Shown here piece after piece: positions 36,302 to 46,512 of a DNA stretch of 64,000 bases. Within the stretch, counting starts at the first letter, position 1. Every line of letters starts with the position of its first letter. The notes under the pieces were generated by a model. That model had not been told where the DNA came from, ran no database searches, and saw only the letters and a program-made list of their open reading frames with translations. The stretch lies in contig JASLOA010000034.1 of NCBI GenBank assembly GCA_030745755.1, forward strand, positions 10,071 through 74,070, read 5' to 3'. Made by a program: the position numbers and the translations under genes. The DNA is from Kiritimatiellia bacterium (lineage in GTDB: Bacteria > Verrucomicrobiota > Kiritimatiellia > UBA8416 > JABMPJ01).

Positions 36302-37321
36302 GTGGATCTTGAGACACTGAAGAAGACAGTAGCCGAAGGGCTGGAAGAAGCAGGCGCAGCTCAGACGGCGGATGCCGTTGAGGCAGTGCGCATCACCTAT
36401 CTCGGGCGCAAGGGGCTGATGCCCCAGGTCATGAAAGAGCTCAAGACCGTAGCACCGGAGGAAAAGGCCGAGGTCGGACGGTTGGCCAACACGTTCAAGA
36501 AGGAGCTGGCTGAGCTTCTTGAGAGCAGGCGCGAGGAGCTGTCGGGCGACGGCAAGGGCGCGGCTGAGTCCGCTACCTTCGACTATACGCTACCCGGACG
36601 CGGCCCGCGCCGCGGCACACGTCATCCCATCTCTGCTGTCATAGAAGAGGCCGTCGCGATTTTCGGGCGCATGGGGTTCACCGTGGCCGAGGGGCCCGAC
36701 GTCGAAACCCCCTATCACAACTTCGAGGCGCTGAATACGCCGGGGTATCATCCCTCGATGGATCGGCAGGATACGTTCTGGCTGGATGACGGCAAGCTGC
36801 TGCGTACGCAGACCTCGCCCGTGCAGATTCGGGTGATGGAGTCGCGCACCCCCCCCGTGCGCATTGTAACGCCGGGGCGCTGTTACCGCCGCGACACCAC
36901 CGATGCGACGCACAGCGCCAACTTCCACCAGATCGAAGGTCTCTATGTCGATAGCCAGGTGTCGTTGGCCGACCTGAAAGGGACGCTGGCCTATTTCGCT
37001 CATGAGATGATGGGGCCCGACGTGGCGGTGCGTTTTCGTCCCCATTTCTTCCCGTTCACGGAGCCCAGCGTGGAGTGCGACTTCTCCTGTCATGTCTGCA
37101 GCGGCAGTGGGTGCCGGGTCTGCAAGGGGAGCGGCTGGATCGAGATTGCCGGTGCCGGCATGGTGGATCCACGCGTATTCGAGAAAGTGGGCTACGACCC
37201 GGAGACCACGACCGGCTATGCTTTCGGCATGGGTATCGAACGCATCGCGATGATCCGCTACGGCATCCCGGATATTCGGCTGTTGTACGAGAACGATATG
37301 AGGTTTTTGAGGCAGTTCTAG
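36302..37321 (+). CDS. pheS: phenylalanine--tRNA ligase alpha subunit
   Basis: LLRTQTSPVQIR, FHQIEGL, FPFTEPS and GYAFGMGIER. Confidence 0.97.
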   Translation: MDLETLKKTVAEGLEEAGAAQTADAVEAVRITYLGRKGLMPQVMKELKTVAPEEKAEVGRLANTFKKELAELLESRREELSGDGKGAAESATFDYTLPGRGPRRGTRHPISAVIEEAVAIFGRMGFTVAEGPDVETPYHNFEALNTPGYHPSMDRQDTFWLDDGKLLRTQTSPVQIRVMESRTPPVRIVTPGRCYRRDTTDATHSANFHQIEGLYVDSQVSLADLKGTLAYFAHEMMGPDVAVRFRPHFFPFTEPSVECDFSCHVCSGSGCRVCKGSGWIEIAGAGMVDPRVFEKVGYDPETTTGYAFGMGIERIAMIRYGIPDIRLLYENDMRFLRQF

Positions 37322-37357
37322 AGTAATCACGAAGGGAACAAAGGACACGAAGGACAT

Positions 37358-37463
37358 GAACCCAGGCATCCTGCCTGGGCTATGACGTGGCACCCCTTTG
37401 GGGTGCGGGAACGAGCGACCCCAACGGGGTCGGACATCATAGCCCAGCGAGAATCGCTGGGAC
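37358..37463. repeat. multi-hairpin REP-like element, copy 2 (between pheS and pheT)
   Basis: Same arms as 36120-36239 with a shorter central spacer. Confidence 0.85.
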
Positions 37464-37518
37464 TAGTCGAAGACGGCCGGAGACTCCATCCGTGGCGAAC
37501 ATCTTCAGGAGCTGAGAA

Positions 37519-39918
37519 ATGAAACTACCGTTAAGTTGGTTACGAGAATATGTGGATGTGGATGCCTCGGCTGAGGAGATTGCCGAGAAGCTGACGTTCT
37601 CGGGCACCGAGGTGGAAGGCATCGAGCACGTGGGCGCCGGATGCGAATCCATCATCGTGGGGGAAGTGCTGGCGTGGGAGAAGCACCCCAAGGCTGACCG
37701 CTTGCGCCTTTGTCGCGTCTCCGATGGCTCCAACGAGCTGCCCGTGGTATGCGGGGCCGACAACTTCGATGCGGGCGACAAGGTCGCTCTCGCGCCCGTG
37801 GGTGCCACGCTGCCCGACGGTATGACCATCAAGGAAGCCAAGCTGCGTGGCGAGGTGTCGCAGGGCATGCTCTGCGCCGAGGATGAGCTTGGGCTGTCGG
37901 CCGACCACGCCGGGATCATGATTCTGCCCGCAGATGCAGCGGCGGGCACGCCGCTTCTTGATGTAATGGGCGGTGTTGAGACGGTTCTTGAGCTCGAAGT
38001 GACCTGGAACCGTCCTGACTGCCTGTGTGTGATCGGCATGGCTCGCGAGGTGGCGGCCCTGTACGGGCTGGATCTGAAAATCCCCGAGCCTGCGCTTGAA
38101 GAGACAGGCAAGCCGGTCGAAGAGTGGACCCGTGTCGAGGTGCAGGATGCGGCCGACTGTCCGCGCTACACGGCGCGCGTGCTGACCGATGCCGAGCTGA
38201 AGCCGAGTCCCATGTGGATGCGCAGGCGCCTGGCGTGCTGTGGGGTGCGCCCGATCAACAACGTGGTGGATATCACCAACTACGTCATGCTGGAGTGTGG
38301 CCATCCGCTTCACGCCTTCGATTTTGCCATGCTGAAGGAGAGCCGTATCGTTGTTCGCCGCGCCGCGGAAGGGGAGCAGATGGCGACCCTGGATGATGAG
38401 GAGCGCAGGTTGACTCCGGAGATGCTCGTGATTGCCGACGCTGAGCGTCCCGTCGCCGTTGCCGGCATCATGGGGGGCGCGGGCAGTGAGATCAGTGACG
38501 CCACGCAGACCGTGCTGCTGGAGAGCGCTACGTTCGATCCGGCCCTGACGCACCGCACATCCGTGGCGCTGGGGCTATCGACCGAGTCATCGCACCGTTT
38601 TGAGCGCACCGTGGACCGCGCGACCGTAGAATGGGCCAGCCGCCGTGCGGCGGCGCTCATGGGTGAGCACTGCGGTGCTACGCTGGCTGCCGGTGTAATC
38701 GATGTCTGCGGGGAAGCGGCCGGGCAGGCGCCCATTGTCTGTCGCCTGGGCCGGCTGGAATCACTATTGGGCGTATCGTTCTCACGCGACGAGGTGCTCG
38801 CCATCCTCGCCAGGCTGCAGATTCCCGTGGCGGAATCGAACGATGAGACGGTCAGTGTGCTGCCCCCCTCGTTCCGGCCCGACCTGAAGATAGAGGCCGA
38901 CATCTTCGAAGAGATCGCCCGTATGCACGGACTCGATGAAGTGCCGGCGGCGGCGCCTATGGGGCGCGTCGTGGTGGACGCTGATGACGCCCGTCCGCGC
39001 GCCGTCGTGGCTTGTCGCGATCACCTGGTAGGGCTTGGGCTCTCCGAGATTATGAATTACAGCTTTCTCTCCGAGCAGTTGGTCGACCGCTTCGGCAAGG
39101 ACGCGGATGATCGGCGCGTGGCGCTGCTGGATCCGGTAAGTGCCGATCATGGCATCATGCGCGACTCGCTGATACCGCAGATGGCCGAGTCGCTGGGGCA
39201 TAATGCAGCCCACCAGGAGCTGAACGCGGCTTGCTTCGAAATCGGTAGCGTCTTCTATCGCGCGGGGGATGGAATTCAAGAAGAAGACCACCTTTCAATC
39301 GGCCTGATGGGGCAGCCGCAAGGGTGGGGCGACGGTGCCGCGGACACCTCGCCCGAAGGGACGTTCCTGCGCATCAAAGGGCTGTTGGAAGAGCTCGTAC
39401 GGGTGCAGAATGCGCCCGCACTGGAGCTACAGCCGGACACGCACCCGGCCTTTGAGCCGGGGTGGTGTGCAGCCCTTTTTGCAGGTGAAGAGAAAGTTGG
39501 GATTCTGGGGCTTCTTGTGGCCCCCATCCGCCACCAATGGCGGATACAGGTTCCCGTTGCGATGGCCGAGCTCAAGCTGGACGCAATCCTGTCGCAAACC
39601 CATGATGTGCAGGGATTTAAAGCAATCCCGGTATACCCCTCTGTAGCCCGCGACCTGGCCTTGCTTGTGGATGAATCGGTGCGTCACGGAGACATTGTGC
39701 AGGTCATTGAATCTGATGCGCCTATGGAGTTGACAGGGGTTGACTTGTTCGATATATTCAGAAGTGAAGAGATTGGGGAGGGGCGCAAAAGTATGGCCTA
39801 CTCCTTGACCTACCGGTCGGCGGAACGGACGCTGACGGATGAAGAGACGAACCGCTTGCATGTCGCGATCATGGATCGCTTGAGACAGGAGCTGAAAGCC
39901 GAAATCAGGGAGCGTTAG
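37519..39918 (+). CDS. pheT: phenylalanine--tRNA ligase beta subunit
   Basis: SWLREYV, HPKADRL, VCGADN, LRGEVSQGMLC, NRPDCL, VDITNYV and RDLA. Confidence 0.97.
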   Translation: MKLPLSWLREYVDVDASAEEIAEKLTFSGTEVEGIEHVGAGCESIIVGEVLAWEKHPKADRLRLCRVSDGSNELPVVCGADNFDAGDKVALAPVGATLPDGMTIKEAKLRGEVSQGMLCAEDELGLSADHAGIMILPADAAAGTPLLDVMGGVETVLELEVTWNRPDCLCVIGMAREVAALYGLDLKIPEPALEETGKPVEEWTRVEVQDAADCPRYTARVLTDAELKPSPMWMRRRLACCGVRPINNVVDITNYVMLECGHPLHAFDFAMLKESRIVVRRAAEGEQMATLDDEERRLTPEMLVIADAERPVAVAGIMGGAGSEISDATQTVLLESATFDPALTHRTSVALGLSTESSHRFERTVDRATVEWASRRAAALMGEHCGATLAAGVIDVCGEAAGQAPIVCRLGRLESLLGVSFSRDEVLAILARLQIPVAESNDETVSVLPPSFRPDLKIEADIFEEIARMHGLDEVPAAAPMGRVVVDADDARPRAVVACRDHLVGLGLSEIMNYSFLSEQLVDRFGKDADDRRVALLDPVSADHGIMRDSLIPQMAESLGHNAAHQELNAACFEIGSVFYRAGDGIQEEDHLSIGLMGQPQGWGDGAADTSPEGTFLRIKGLLEELVRVQNAPALELQPDTHPAFEPGWCAALFAGEEKVGILGLLVAPIRHQWRIQVPVAMAELKLDAILSQTHDVQGFKAIPVYPSVARDLALLVDESVRHGDIVQVIESDAPMELTGVDLFDIFRSEEIGEGRKSMAYSLTYRSAERTLTDEETNRLHVAIMDRLRQELKAEIRER

Positions 39919-40142
39919 TCCGAGAGAGTTTTTGCGAACAATGCCAGGGGCACCAGACCCATGTTATTCTGGTACCGGACCGCGCGAGGTCAGACGTTGA
40001 GATGGTAGACCGACAGCGCGGATGATGCGAATGAAGATGGGACTTTCGGGTAGGAAGCCATCTATGAGACCAAGGATTCAGTTAGTCACTAAAAGAGGAC
40101 GGTGAGCCGACAGACAGAGTCCACATTGACATAAGGTATTTG

Positions 40143-40315
40143 AAATACCCTGCCTTGTTCGCTAACAGGCAAAAATCTCTAACCTTCTATTGTATTAGGG
40201 AGCTTGAATACGGCGTGGAGCGGATTCGCAAGAATCCCGGAAGCGACGACTAGAGCACCCACCTCGAATGCGAGGTTTAAGAGATTAACGCCCTTACGAT
40301 TATGGTGGGGTATTT
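40143..40315 (+). ncRNA. ssrS: 6S RNA
   Basis: 5' AAATACCCTGCC pairs with 3' GGTGGGGTATTT over ~173 nt; internal TGTTCG, GGGAGCTTGA and CCCACCT...AGGTT elements; upstream of the 5-formyl-THF cyclo-ligase/rny block, the usual ssrS context. Confidence 0.8.
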
Positions 40316-40324
40316 TTCTGCCCC

Positions 40325-41665
40325 GTGGAAACGGATATGGACCTGTTTGAGGACAAACCGAAGGCGCCGGACCCCTCGCGTGAACCGCTGGCCAGCCGCA
40401 TGCGGCCGCGGTCGCTGGATGAAGTGGTGGGCCAGGAGCGGATTCTCGGCGAAGGGCGCCTGTTGCGTCGCGCGATCGAGGCCGACCGCCTGAGTAGCAT
40501 CATCCTTTATGGACCCCCGGGATGCGGCAAGACCTCTATTGCCGAGGTCATAGCGCGCGTCACCAGTCGTCATTTCGAGCGGGCCAGTGGCGTCACCGCC
40601 AACGTGAGCGTGTTGCGCGGCCTGTTCGAGCTGGCCGCCCATCACCGGCGGCATGACGGTGTCGAGACCATCCTGTTTATCGACGAGATCCACCGCTTCA
40701 ACAAGTCGCAGCAGGATACACTCCTGCCACATGTGGAAGATGGTACGATTACGCTGATCGGTGCTACGACGCACAATCCACAGTTCTTCATCAACAGCCC
40801 GCTCACATCACGGTCGCTGATCTTCGAGCTGGATCCGCTGTCGACTGATGCCATCGTGGCACTGCTGCGACGTGCCCTGGCCGAGGAGCGAGGGCTGTCC
40901 TCAAGCGGTGCCGTGGCCGATGACGAGGCCTTGACGCACCTCGCCGTGGTGTGTGAAGGCGACGCCCGGCGCGCGCTGAACGCGCTGGAGGTCGCCGTTC
41001 TGACCACGGCCGCGGGTGATGATGAGGTCATTCAGATCACGCGCGAAGTGGCCGAGGATTCGATTCAACGCAAGGCAGTGGTCTACGACCGCGACGAAGA
41101 AGGCCACTACGATACCATCTCGGCATTCATCAAGAGCGTGCGCGGGTCCGATCCGGACGCCGCGGTCTACTGGCTTGCCAAGATGCTTTATGCCGGAGAG
41201 GACCCACGCTTTGTGGCGCGCCGACTCGTGATCCTGGCCTCGGAGGATATCGGCAATGCCGATCCGCGCGGGCTCAATGTAGCGGTATCGGCCATGCAGG
41301 CGGCTGACTTTGTCGGCATGCCGGAAGCCCGCATCATCCTGAGCCAGGCCACGACCTACCTCGCCACGGCACCCAAGAGCAACGCCGCCTACGTGGCCGT
41401 GGATGAAGCCATGAAGGATGTGGCGGAGGGCCGCACGCAGGCGGTGCCAAGGCATCTGCGCAACGTGAAGATCGATTCCGTGGACGGCAAGGAGGGGGAC
41501 GAGTACGTCTATCCTCACGATTTCAAAGGCCATTTTACCGACCAGCAGTACATGGGGTCGGACCGGCAGTACTATTGTCCCTCGGATGAGGGGTATGAGG
41601 AGATTATCGGCAGACGAATGGCGTATTGGCGCTCCTTGCGTGAAGAACAGAGGACCTCAGCATGA
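40325..41665 (+). CDS. rarA: replication-associated recombination protein A
   Basis: PLASRMRP, GPPGCGKT, DEIHRFNKSQQD, SAFIKSVRGSDPDAA and ASEDIGNADP. Confidence 0.96.
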   Translation: METDMDLFEDKPKAPDPSREPLASRMRPRSLDEVVGQERILGEGRLLRRAIEADRLSSIILYGPPGCGKTSIAEVIARVTSRHFERASGVTANVSVLRGLFELAAHHRRHDGVETILFIDEIHRFNKSQQDTLLPHVEDGTITLIGATTHNPQFFINSPLTSRSLIFELDPLSTDAIVALLRRALAEERGLSSSGAVADDEALTHLAVVCEGDARRALNALEVAVLTTAAGDDEVIQITREVAEDSIQRKAVVYDRDEEGHYDTISAFIKSVRGSDPDAAVYWLAKMLYAGEDPRFVARRLVILASEDIGNADPRGLNVAVSAMQAADFVGMPEARIILSQATTYLATAPKSNAAYVAVDEAMKDVAEGRTQAVPRHLRNVKIDSVDGKEGDEYVYPHDFKGHFTDQQYMGSDRQYYCPSDEGYEEIIGRRMAYWRSLREEQRTSA

Positions 41666-42243
41666 GCGATCCGATGACAAAGGATGATGTGCGACAGATG
41701 GTACGTGGCCGTCGTGATGGACTGGACCCGGCCTGGCGCGCCGAGCAGAGCACCAGGTTACAGGAACGGTTGATGGCGCTGCCTGCCATGCGGGCCGCGG
41801 CGCTGGTGGGGCTTTACATGCCGCTGCCCGGCGAGGTGGAAATGGCGGAGTGCGAGGAGATGCTGGCGAACTCGGGCCGCGGGATCTGCGTTCCGGCCTT
41901 TGACCCTGCACGGGGCGGCTACAGCATGGCCATCGTGTCGTCCTCAACGCAGTACATGGACGCCCCGTTCGGTCTGCGCGAGCCGGAGGACCCGGTCTGG
42001 GCGGACCCCGCTTCTATCGAGTGCATCGTCGTACCGGGGGTGGCGTTCGACCAAGCCTGCCGCCGGCTCGGTCACGGGGGCGGGCACTATGATCGTATGC
42101 TGGCTGAGATGACCGCCTCGAAGGTCGGTGTCGCATTCGATTTCCAGGTGTTTGATGAAGTCCCGCATGATGCGCATGACGTGGCGATGGACCTGGTGGT
42201 GACGCCGACCCACACCATTCGGCCCCGACCTGTTTCCGGCTGA
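41662..42243 (+). CDS. 5-formyltetrahydrofolate cyclo-ligase
   Basis: VPGVAFD...RLGHGGGHYDR and HDVAMD. Confidence 0.93.
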   Translation: MSDPMTKDDVRQMVRGRRDGLDPAWRAEQSTRLQERLMALPAMRAAALVGLYMPLPGEVEMAECEEMLANSGRGICVPAFDPARGGYSMAIVSSSTQYMDAPFGLREPEDPVWADPASIECIVVPGVAFDQACRRLGHGGGHYDRMLAEMTASKVGVAFDFQVFDEVPHDAHDVAMDLVVTPTHTIRPRPVSG

Positions 42244-42275
42244 TTATTGGGAAGCTGAAGTAGATGGAAGATTAG

Positions 42276-42442
42276 GTAAGTGCTCAAAAAGGTTCTGAGA
42301 TACGGAGTGAGTGTCATCCCGAGCTTGTCGAGGGATCTCCACATTATCGAATACGCTGGAGATTGACTTCGGCAAGCTCAGCACAGGCTCTCGGCTTCGC
42401 TCGGAATGACAGACTCTCTGTTGGGATTTATTGAGAACGTGC
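42276..42442. mobile_element. MITE-like element family IV with REP doublet and nested 24-bp insert
   Basis: Ends GTAAGTGCTCAAAAA / TTTATTGAGAACGTGC; flanking 8-bp direct repeat AAGATTAG (42268-42275, 42443-42450). Confidence 0.72.
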
Positions 42443-42480
42443 AAGATTAGTAACTGAACAAGACGGAAGGATGACATTCC

Positions 42481-44031
42481 ATGAACGTGATTATCGGATT
42501 GGTGGCTGCCCTGGGTGGCTTGGCCGTGGGGTACCTGGTGCGGCATGTACTCGGGAAGCTGAAGGCAGATGCGGTGGAGAAACGGGCCGAAGTGTCTATG
42601 ACAGAGGCAGAACGTGAGGCCGAGGCCATTCGTAAAGAGGGGCAGATTCATGCCAAGGCGGAAGTGCTGAAGGCACGCGAGGAGTTCGAAAAATCAACCA
42701 AGAAGCGGCGCAAAGAGCTGGAGACGATTGAAGAACGTGTCTCGCAGCGGGAGACAAACCTCGACCGCAAGATGGCCCTGGTGGAGAAGAAGGAGCACCA
42801 GACGGATTCGCGGAGTGCGGAAGTGGAAGAGCGTATCAAGCAGGTGGAAGCCCGCGATGCGAAAGCGAAGGCCTTGATCGAGGAAGAAATGCAGAAATTG
42901 CAGCGCGTGGCGGGGATGACCCGTGATGAAGCGAAGCAGTCCTTGCTGGAAAGGGTTGAGCAGGAGGCCCACAACGAGACCGGCGGGCTGATTCGACGTT
43001 TGCAGGAGACGGCCAAGGAAACAGCCGAAGCCGAAGCGAAGCGCATCGTGGCCATGGCCATTCAGCGCTATGGTGCGAGCCACGCGTCCGCCATAACAAC
43101 CAGTATCGTGCAGCTTCCGAGCGACGATATGAAGGGGCGGATCATAGGACGTGACGGGCGCAATATCAGGACCCTTGAATCGGTCACCGGTGTCAACCTT
43201 CTGATCGACGATACCCCTGAGGCGGTGGTGATCTCCGGGTTTGATCCGCTGCGCCGCGAAGTGGCACGTCAGTCCCTTGAGATATTGGTGGCGGATGGCC
43301 GTATTCATCCGGCCCGCATCGAAGAGATCGTCGAGAAGGTGCGCGAAGAGATGGAAGACACTATCCGCAAATACGGGGAAGAAGCGGCCTTCGAAGCCGA
43401 CGTTCAGAACGTCGAGCCGGAGCTGTTGCGGCGTTTGGGGCGTCTACAGTATCGCACCAGCTACAGTCAGAATGTACTACGTCACTCGATTGAGGTGGCG
43501 CGACTAATGGGGATGATGGCAGGGGAAATGGACCTGGATGTCTCGTTGGCAAGGCGCATTGGGCTCTTCCATGATATCGGCAAAGCACTCGACCACGAGG
43601 TCGAGGGCGGGCACGCGCTGATTGGCGCGGATCTGCTGAAACGTCACAACGAAGCTCCCGTGGTGGTCAACGCTGTGGCAGCTCATCATGACGACGTGGA
43701 GGCGGAGAGCATCTACGCGTTCCTTGCCGCTGCCGGGGACGCCATTTCCAGCTCGCGCCTGGGGGCACGTTCGGAAACGACCGAGATCTACCTCAAGCGT
43801 CTTGAGAACCTGGAACAGATTGCCAACGGGTTTGAAGGTGTGACCAAGAGCTACGCGATCCAGGCCGGGCGTGAAGTGCGTGTCCTGGTTCAGCCCGACG
43901 CGATCGACGACAATGATGCCATGGTGCTGGCACGCAACGTCAGCAAGAAGATTGAGAGCGATCTTCAGTATCCGGGCCAGATTCGCGTAACCGTGGTCCG
44001 TGAGACGCGTTGCGTGGAATACGCGAGGTAG
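42481..44031 (+). CDS. rny: ribonuclease Y
   Basis: N-terminal TM, coiled coil, KH domain MKGRIIGRDGRNIR, HD domain HDIGKA and YAIQAGRE. Confidence 0.97.
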   Translation: MNVIIGLVAALGGLAVGYLVRHVLGKLKADAVEKRAEVSMTEAEREAEAIRKEGQIHAKAEVLKAREEFEKSTKKRRKELETIEERVSQRETNLDRKMALVEKKEHQTDSRSAEVEERIKQVEARDAKAKALIEEEMQKLQRVAGMTRDEAKQSLLERVEQEAHNETGGLIRRLQETAKETAEAEAKRIVAMAIQRYGASHASAITTSIVQLPSDDMKGRIIGRDGRNIRTLESVTGVNLLIDDTPEAVVISGFDPLRREVARQSLEILVADGRIHPARIEEIVEKVREEMEDTIRKYGEEAAFEADVQNVEPELLRRLGRLQYRTSYSQNVLRHSIEVARLMGMMAGEMDLDVSLARRIGLFHDIGKALDHEVEGGHALIGADLLKRHNEAPVVVNAVAAHHDDVEAESIYAFLAAAGDAISSSRLGARSETTEIYLKRLENLEQIANGFEGVTKSYAIQAGREVRVLVQPDAIDDNDAMVLARNVSKKIESDLQYPGQIRVTVVRETRCVEYAR

Positions 44032-44032
44032 C

Positions 44033-44815
44033 ATGAAACTTCTGGTGGTAGGGGATATTGTGGGGTCGCCGGGCCGGCTGGCGTTTTCACGTGTGGCGGG
44101 TCGCATGAAGGCGACCGGAGCCGTGGATGCCATCGTGGCCAATGCGGAGAACGCGGCCGGTGGGAAAGGTATCACGTCAGCCGTGGGCGAAGAACTCTTC
44201 GCGGCCGGGGCCGATGTCTTGACCATGGGTGACCATACGTGGGACCAGAAAGAATCGTGGTCCTACTTCGACCGGGAACCCCGCCTGGTTCGTCCCGCCA
44301 ACTTTGCGCCCGGCTGTCCGGGGCATGGGGTGGTTACCGTCGAGACTGCCGCGGGACCGCTCTCAGTGATCTCGCTCGTGGGCAGAGTCTTCATGAATCC
44401 ATATGACTGCCCGTTCCGGGCTGCCGACGCCATCTTGAGCAAGGGCGCCAACCTGGCTCGCATCCGTTTGGTCGATATGCATGCCGAGGCGACCTCGGAG
44501 AAGATCGTGATGGGGCGCTACCTGGATGGACGCGTCACGGCCTGTGTGGGCACACACACCCATGTGCAGACGAGCGATGAACGTGTGCTGCCGGGGGGCA
44601 CGGCCTACTTGACCGATCTCGGTATGACCGGCCCGCGTGACTCCGCGCTGGGACGGGAGCTGGATTCGGTGGTCCGGATGTTCACGACCGGCATGCGTGA
44701 GTCTTTCAAGATTGCCAAGCGCGACATCGTGCTGGAAGGCGCTGTGATTAACGTGGACGACAAGACGGGGCGCGCCAGGTCCATCAAACGCATCCGGGAG
44801 TCAATAGAGTCGTGA
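44033..44815 (+). CDS. YmdB-like (TIGR00282) metallophosphoesterase
   Basis: GDIVGSPG, NAEN, DMHAEATSEK, GTHTHVQT and DLGMTGP. Start reassigned to ATG 44033. Confidence 0.93.
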   Translation: MKLLVVGDIVGSPGRLAFSRVAGRMKATGAVDAIVANAENAAGGKGITSAVGEELFAAGADVLTMGDHTWDQKESWSYFDREPRLVRPANFAPGCPGHGVVTVETAAGPLSVISLVGRVFMNPYDCPFRAADAILSKGANLARIRLVDMHAEATSEKIVMGRYLDGRVTACVGTHTHVQTSDERVLPGGTAYLTDLGMTGPRDSALGRELDSVVRMFTTGMRESFKIAKRDIVLEGAVINVDDKTGRARSIKRIRESIES

Positions 44816-46119
44816 CAACGGCAGCAACGACAGGTGCAAAGCAGGCCAACGTACTGAGCGTTACGGCCCTGACCCGCATGATCAAGCAGACGCTTGAGCG
44901 ATCAGTGGGCTCGGTCTGGGTCGAGGGCGAAATCTCCAATGTGCGCCGCCCGGCTTCCGGTCATTACTACTTCACGATCAAGGATGCGAACGCCCAGATC
45001 TCTGCCGTGCTCTTCCGTGGCAACCAGCGCAACCTGGCCTTTCAGCTAAAGGATGGTCTGCAGGTCCGCGCCCAGGGCGATGTATCGGTCTATGAACGCT
45101 CCGGTAGCTACCAGGTCATCGTCAGGCGACTGGAGGAGAGCGGCGTGGGGGCCCTGCAGGCGAAGTTTGAGGAACTCAAGAAACGCTTGAATGCGGAGGG
45201 TCTCTTCGCGGCTGAGCGCAAACAGGCGTTGCCGCTTCTACCACAACATGTGGGCGTGGTGACGTCACCGACCGGTGCGGCGATTCGCGATATCCTGAAC
45301 GTCATCTCGCGGCGGTTCCCCAACATTCACCTGGTCCTGGCCCCCGCCATGGTGCAGGGCCCCGGTGCGGCGCAACAGGTGGCATCAGGGATCGAGCAGC
45401 TCAATCAGCAGGGCGGACTGGACGTCCTTATCGTGGGCCGGGGTGGGGGAAGCCTGGAGGATCTGTGGTGCTTCAACGAGGAGATCGTGGCACGGGCGAT
45501 CGCGGCATCGCGCATTCCCGTCATTTCGGCCGTAGGTCACGAGATTGATTTTACGATCAGCGATTTCGTGGCCGACCTGCGCGCGCCGACCCCCTCGGCC
45601 GCGGCCGAGCTCGTGGTGGGGCGCAAGGATGAGTTTACCGAGCGGCTGAACGTGCTGCAGGAAACGCTGACCACGCGTCTGCGCGAATCGGTTCTGCGGG
45701 CCAGGCACCGCTTGAGTGCGGCACAGCAGAGCTATGTGTTTCGGGAGCCGCGCAATCTCGTGCGGCAGCACATGCAGCGGCTCGACAGCGTGGAAATTAG
45801 GATGGGCCATGCCATGTCCGGACAGCTCACGCAGGGCCGCCAGCGATTGCAGAATGCGGGAACGGCGCTGCAGCACGCGATCGTCATGCGTTCCGAGCGG
45901 ACGCGGGCGACACTCGACCGGTTCAGCTCGCAATTGCGCATGCTGAGTCCGTTGGCCGTCCTGGACCGTGGCTACAGCATGACCACGGACGCACAGGGGC
46001 GGGTCTTGCAGAATGTGGATGATGTGGAGAAAGGCGACCGCCTGACCACGCGCTTTGGTAAGGGCGCCGTGGTGTCTGTGGTCGACGAGATTGATAAGGA
46101 GGCAGGCAATGGCAGCTGA
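44812..46119 (+). CDS. xseA: exodeoxyribonuclease VII large subunit
   Basis: VWVEGEISN, SGHYYF, TSPTGAAIRD, RGGGSLEDLW and SAVGHEID. Confidence 0.96.
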   Translation: MTTAATTGAKQANVLSVTALTRMIKQTLERSVGSVWVEGEISNVRRPASGHYYFTIKDANAQISAVLFRGNQRNLAFQLKDGLQVRAQGDVSVYERSGSYQVIVRRLEESGVGALQAKFEELKKRLNAEGLFAAERKQALPLLPQHVGVVTSPTGAAIRDILNVISRRFPNIHLVLAPAMVQGPGAAQQVASGIEQLNQQGGLDVLIVGRGGGSLEDLWCFNEEIVARAIAASRIPVISAVGHEIDFTISDFVADLRAPTPSAAAELVVGRKDEFTERLNVLQETLTTRLRESVLRARHRLSAAQQSYVFREPRNLVRQHMQRLDSVEIRMGHAMSGQLTQGRQRLQNAGTALQHAIVMRSERTRATLDRFSSQLRMLSPLAVLDRGYSMTTDAQGRVLQNVDDVEKGDRLTTRFGKGAVVSVVDEIDKEAGNGS

Positions 46120-46396
46120 GAAGACGAAGCAACCCCAGGGCTTTGAGAAATCAATGGAGCGACTCGAAGCGGTGGTCTCGGAGATGGAAGGCGGCGATCT
46201 GAGTCTTGAAGACATGATCAAGCGCTTCGAGGAAGGCCAGAAGCTGATCGGCTTCTGCTCAAAGAAGCTCGACGAGGTGGAACGCAAGATCGAGATCCTC
46301 GTGAAGAAGGACAGCGGCGAAGTAGAAGCCGTCCCGTTCGAGGAAGAGCCACCGGCCTCTGCCCCCGAACCGGAGGCTGAGGCCGAGCTGTTCTAA
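46109..46396 (+). CDS. xseB: exodeoxyribonuclease VII small subunit
   Basis: FEKSMERLEAVV..MEGGDLSLED...FEEG; SD AAGGAGG before ATG 46109. Confidence 0.93.
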   Translation: MAAEKTKQPQGFEKSMERLEAVVSEMEGGDLSLEDMIKRFEEGQKLIGFCSKKLDEVERKIEILVKKDSGEVEAVPFEEEPPASAPEPEAEAELF

Positions 46397-46512
46397 CGTC
46401 GCTACGGTGTGCAAATAGGGGGTCGCACTGCCCTGCATAGCGATGCTACTGAAATGTGTGCGGTGTAACGATGAAACGTGATGCGTCAGGACAGCACAGG
46501 AGGTCGAGAGCG

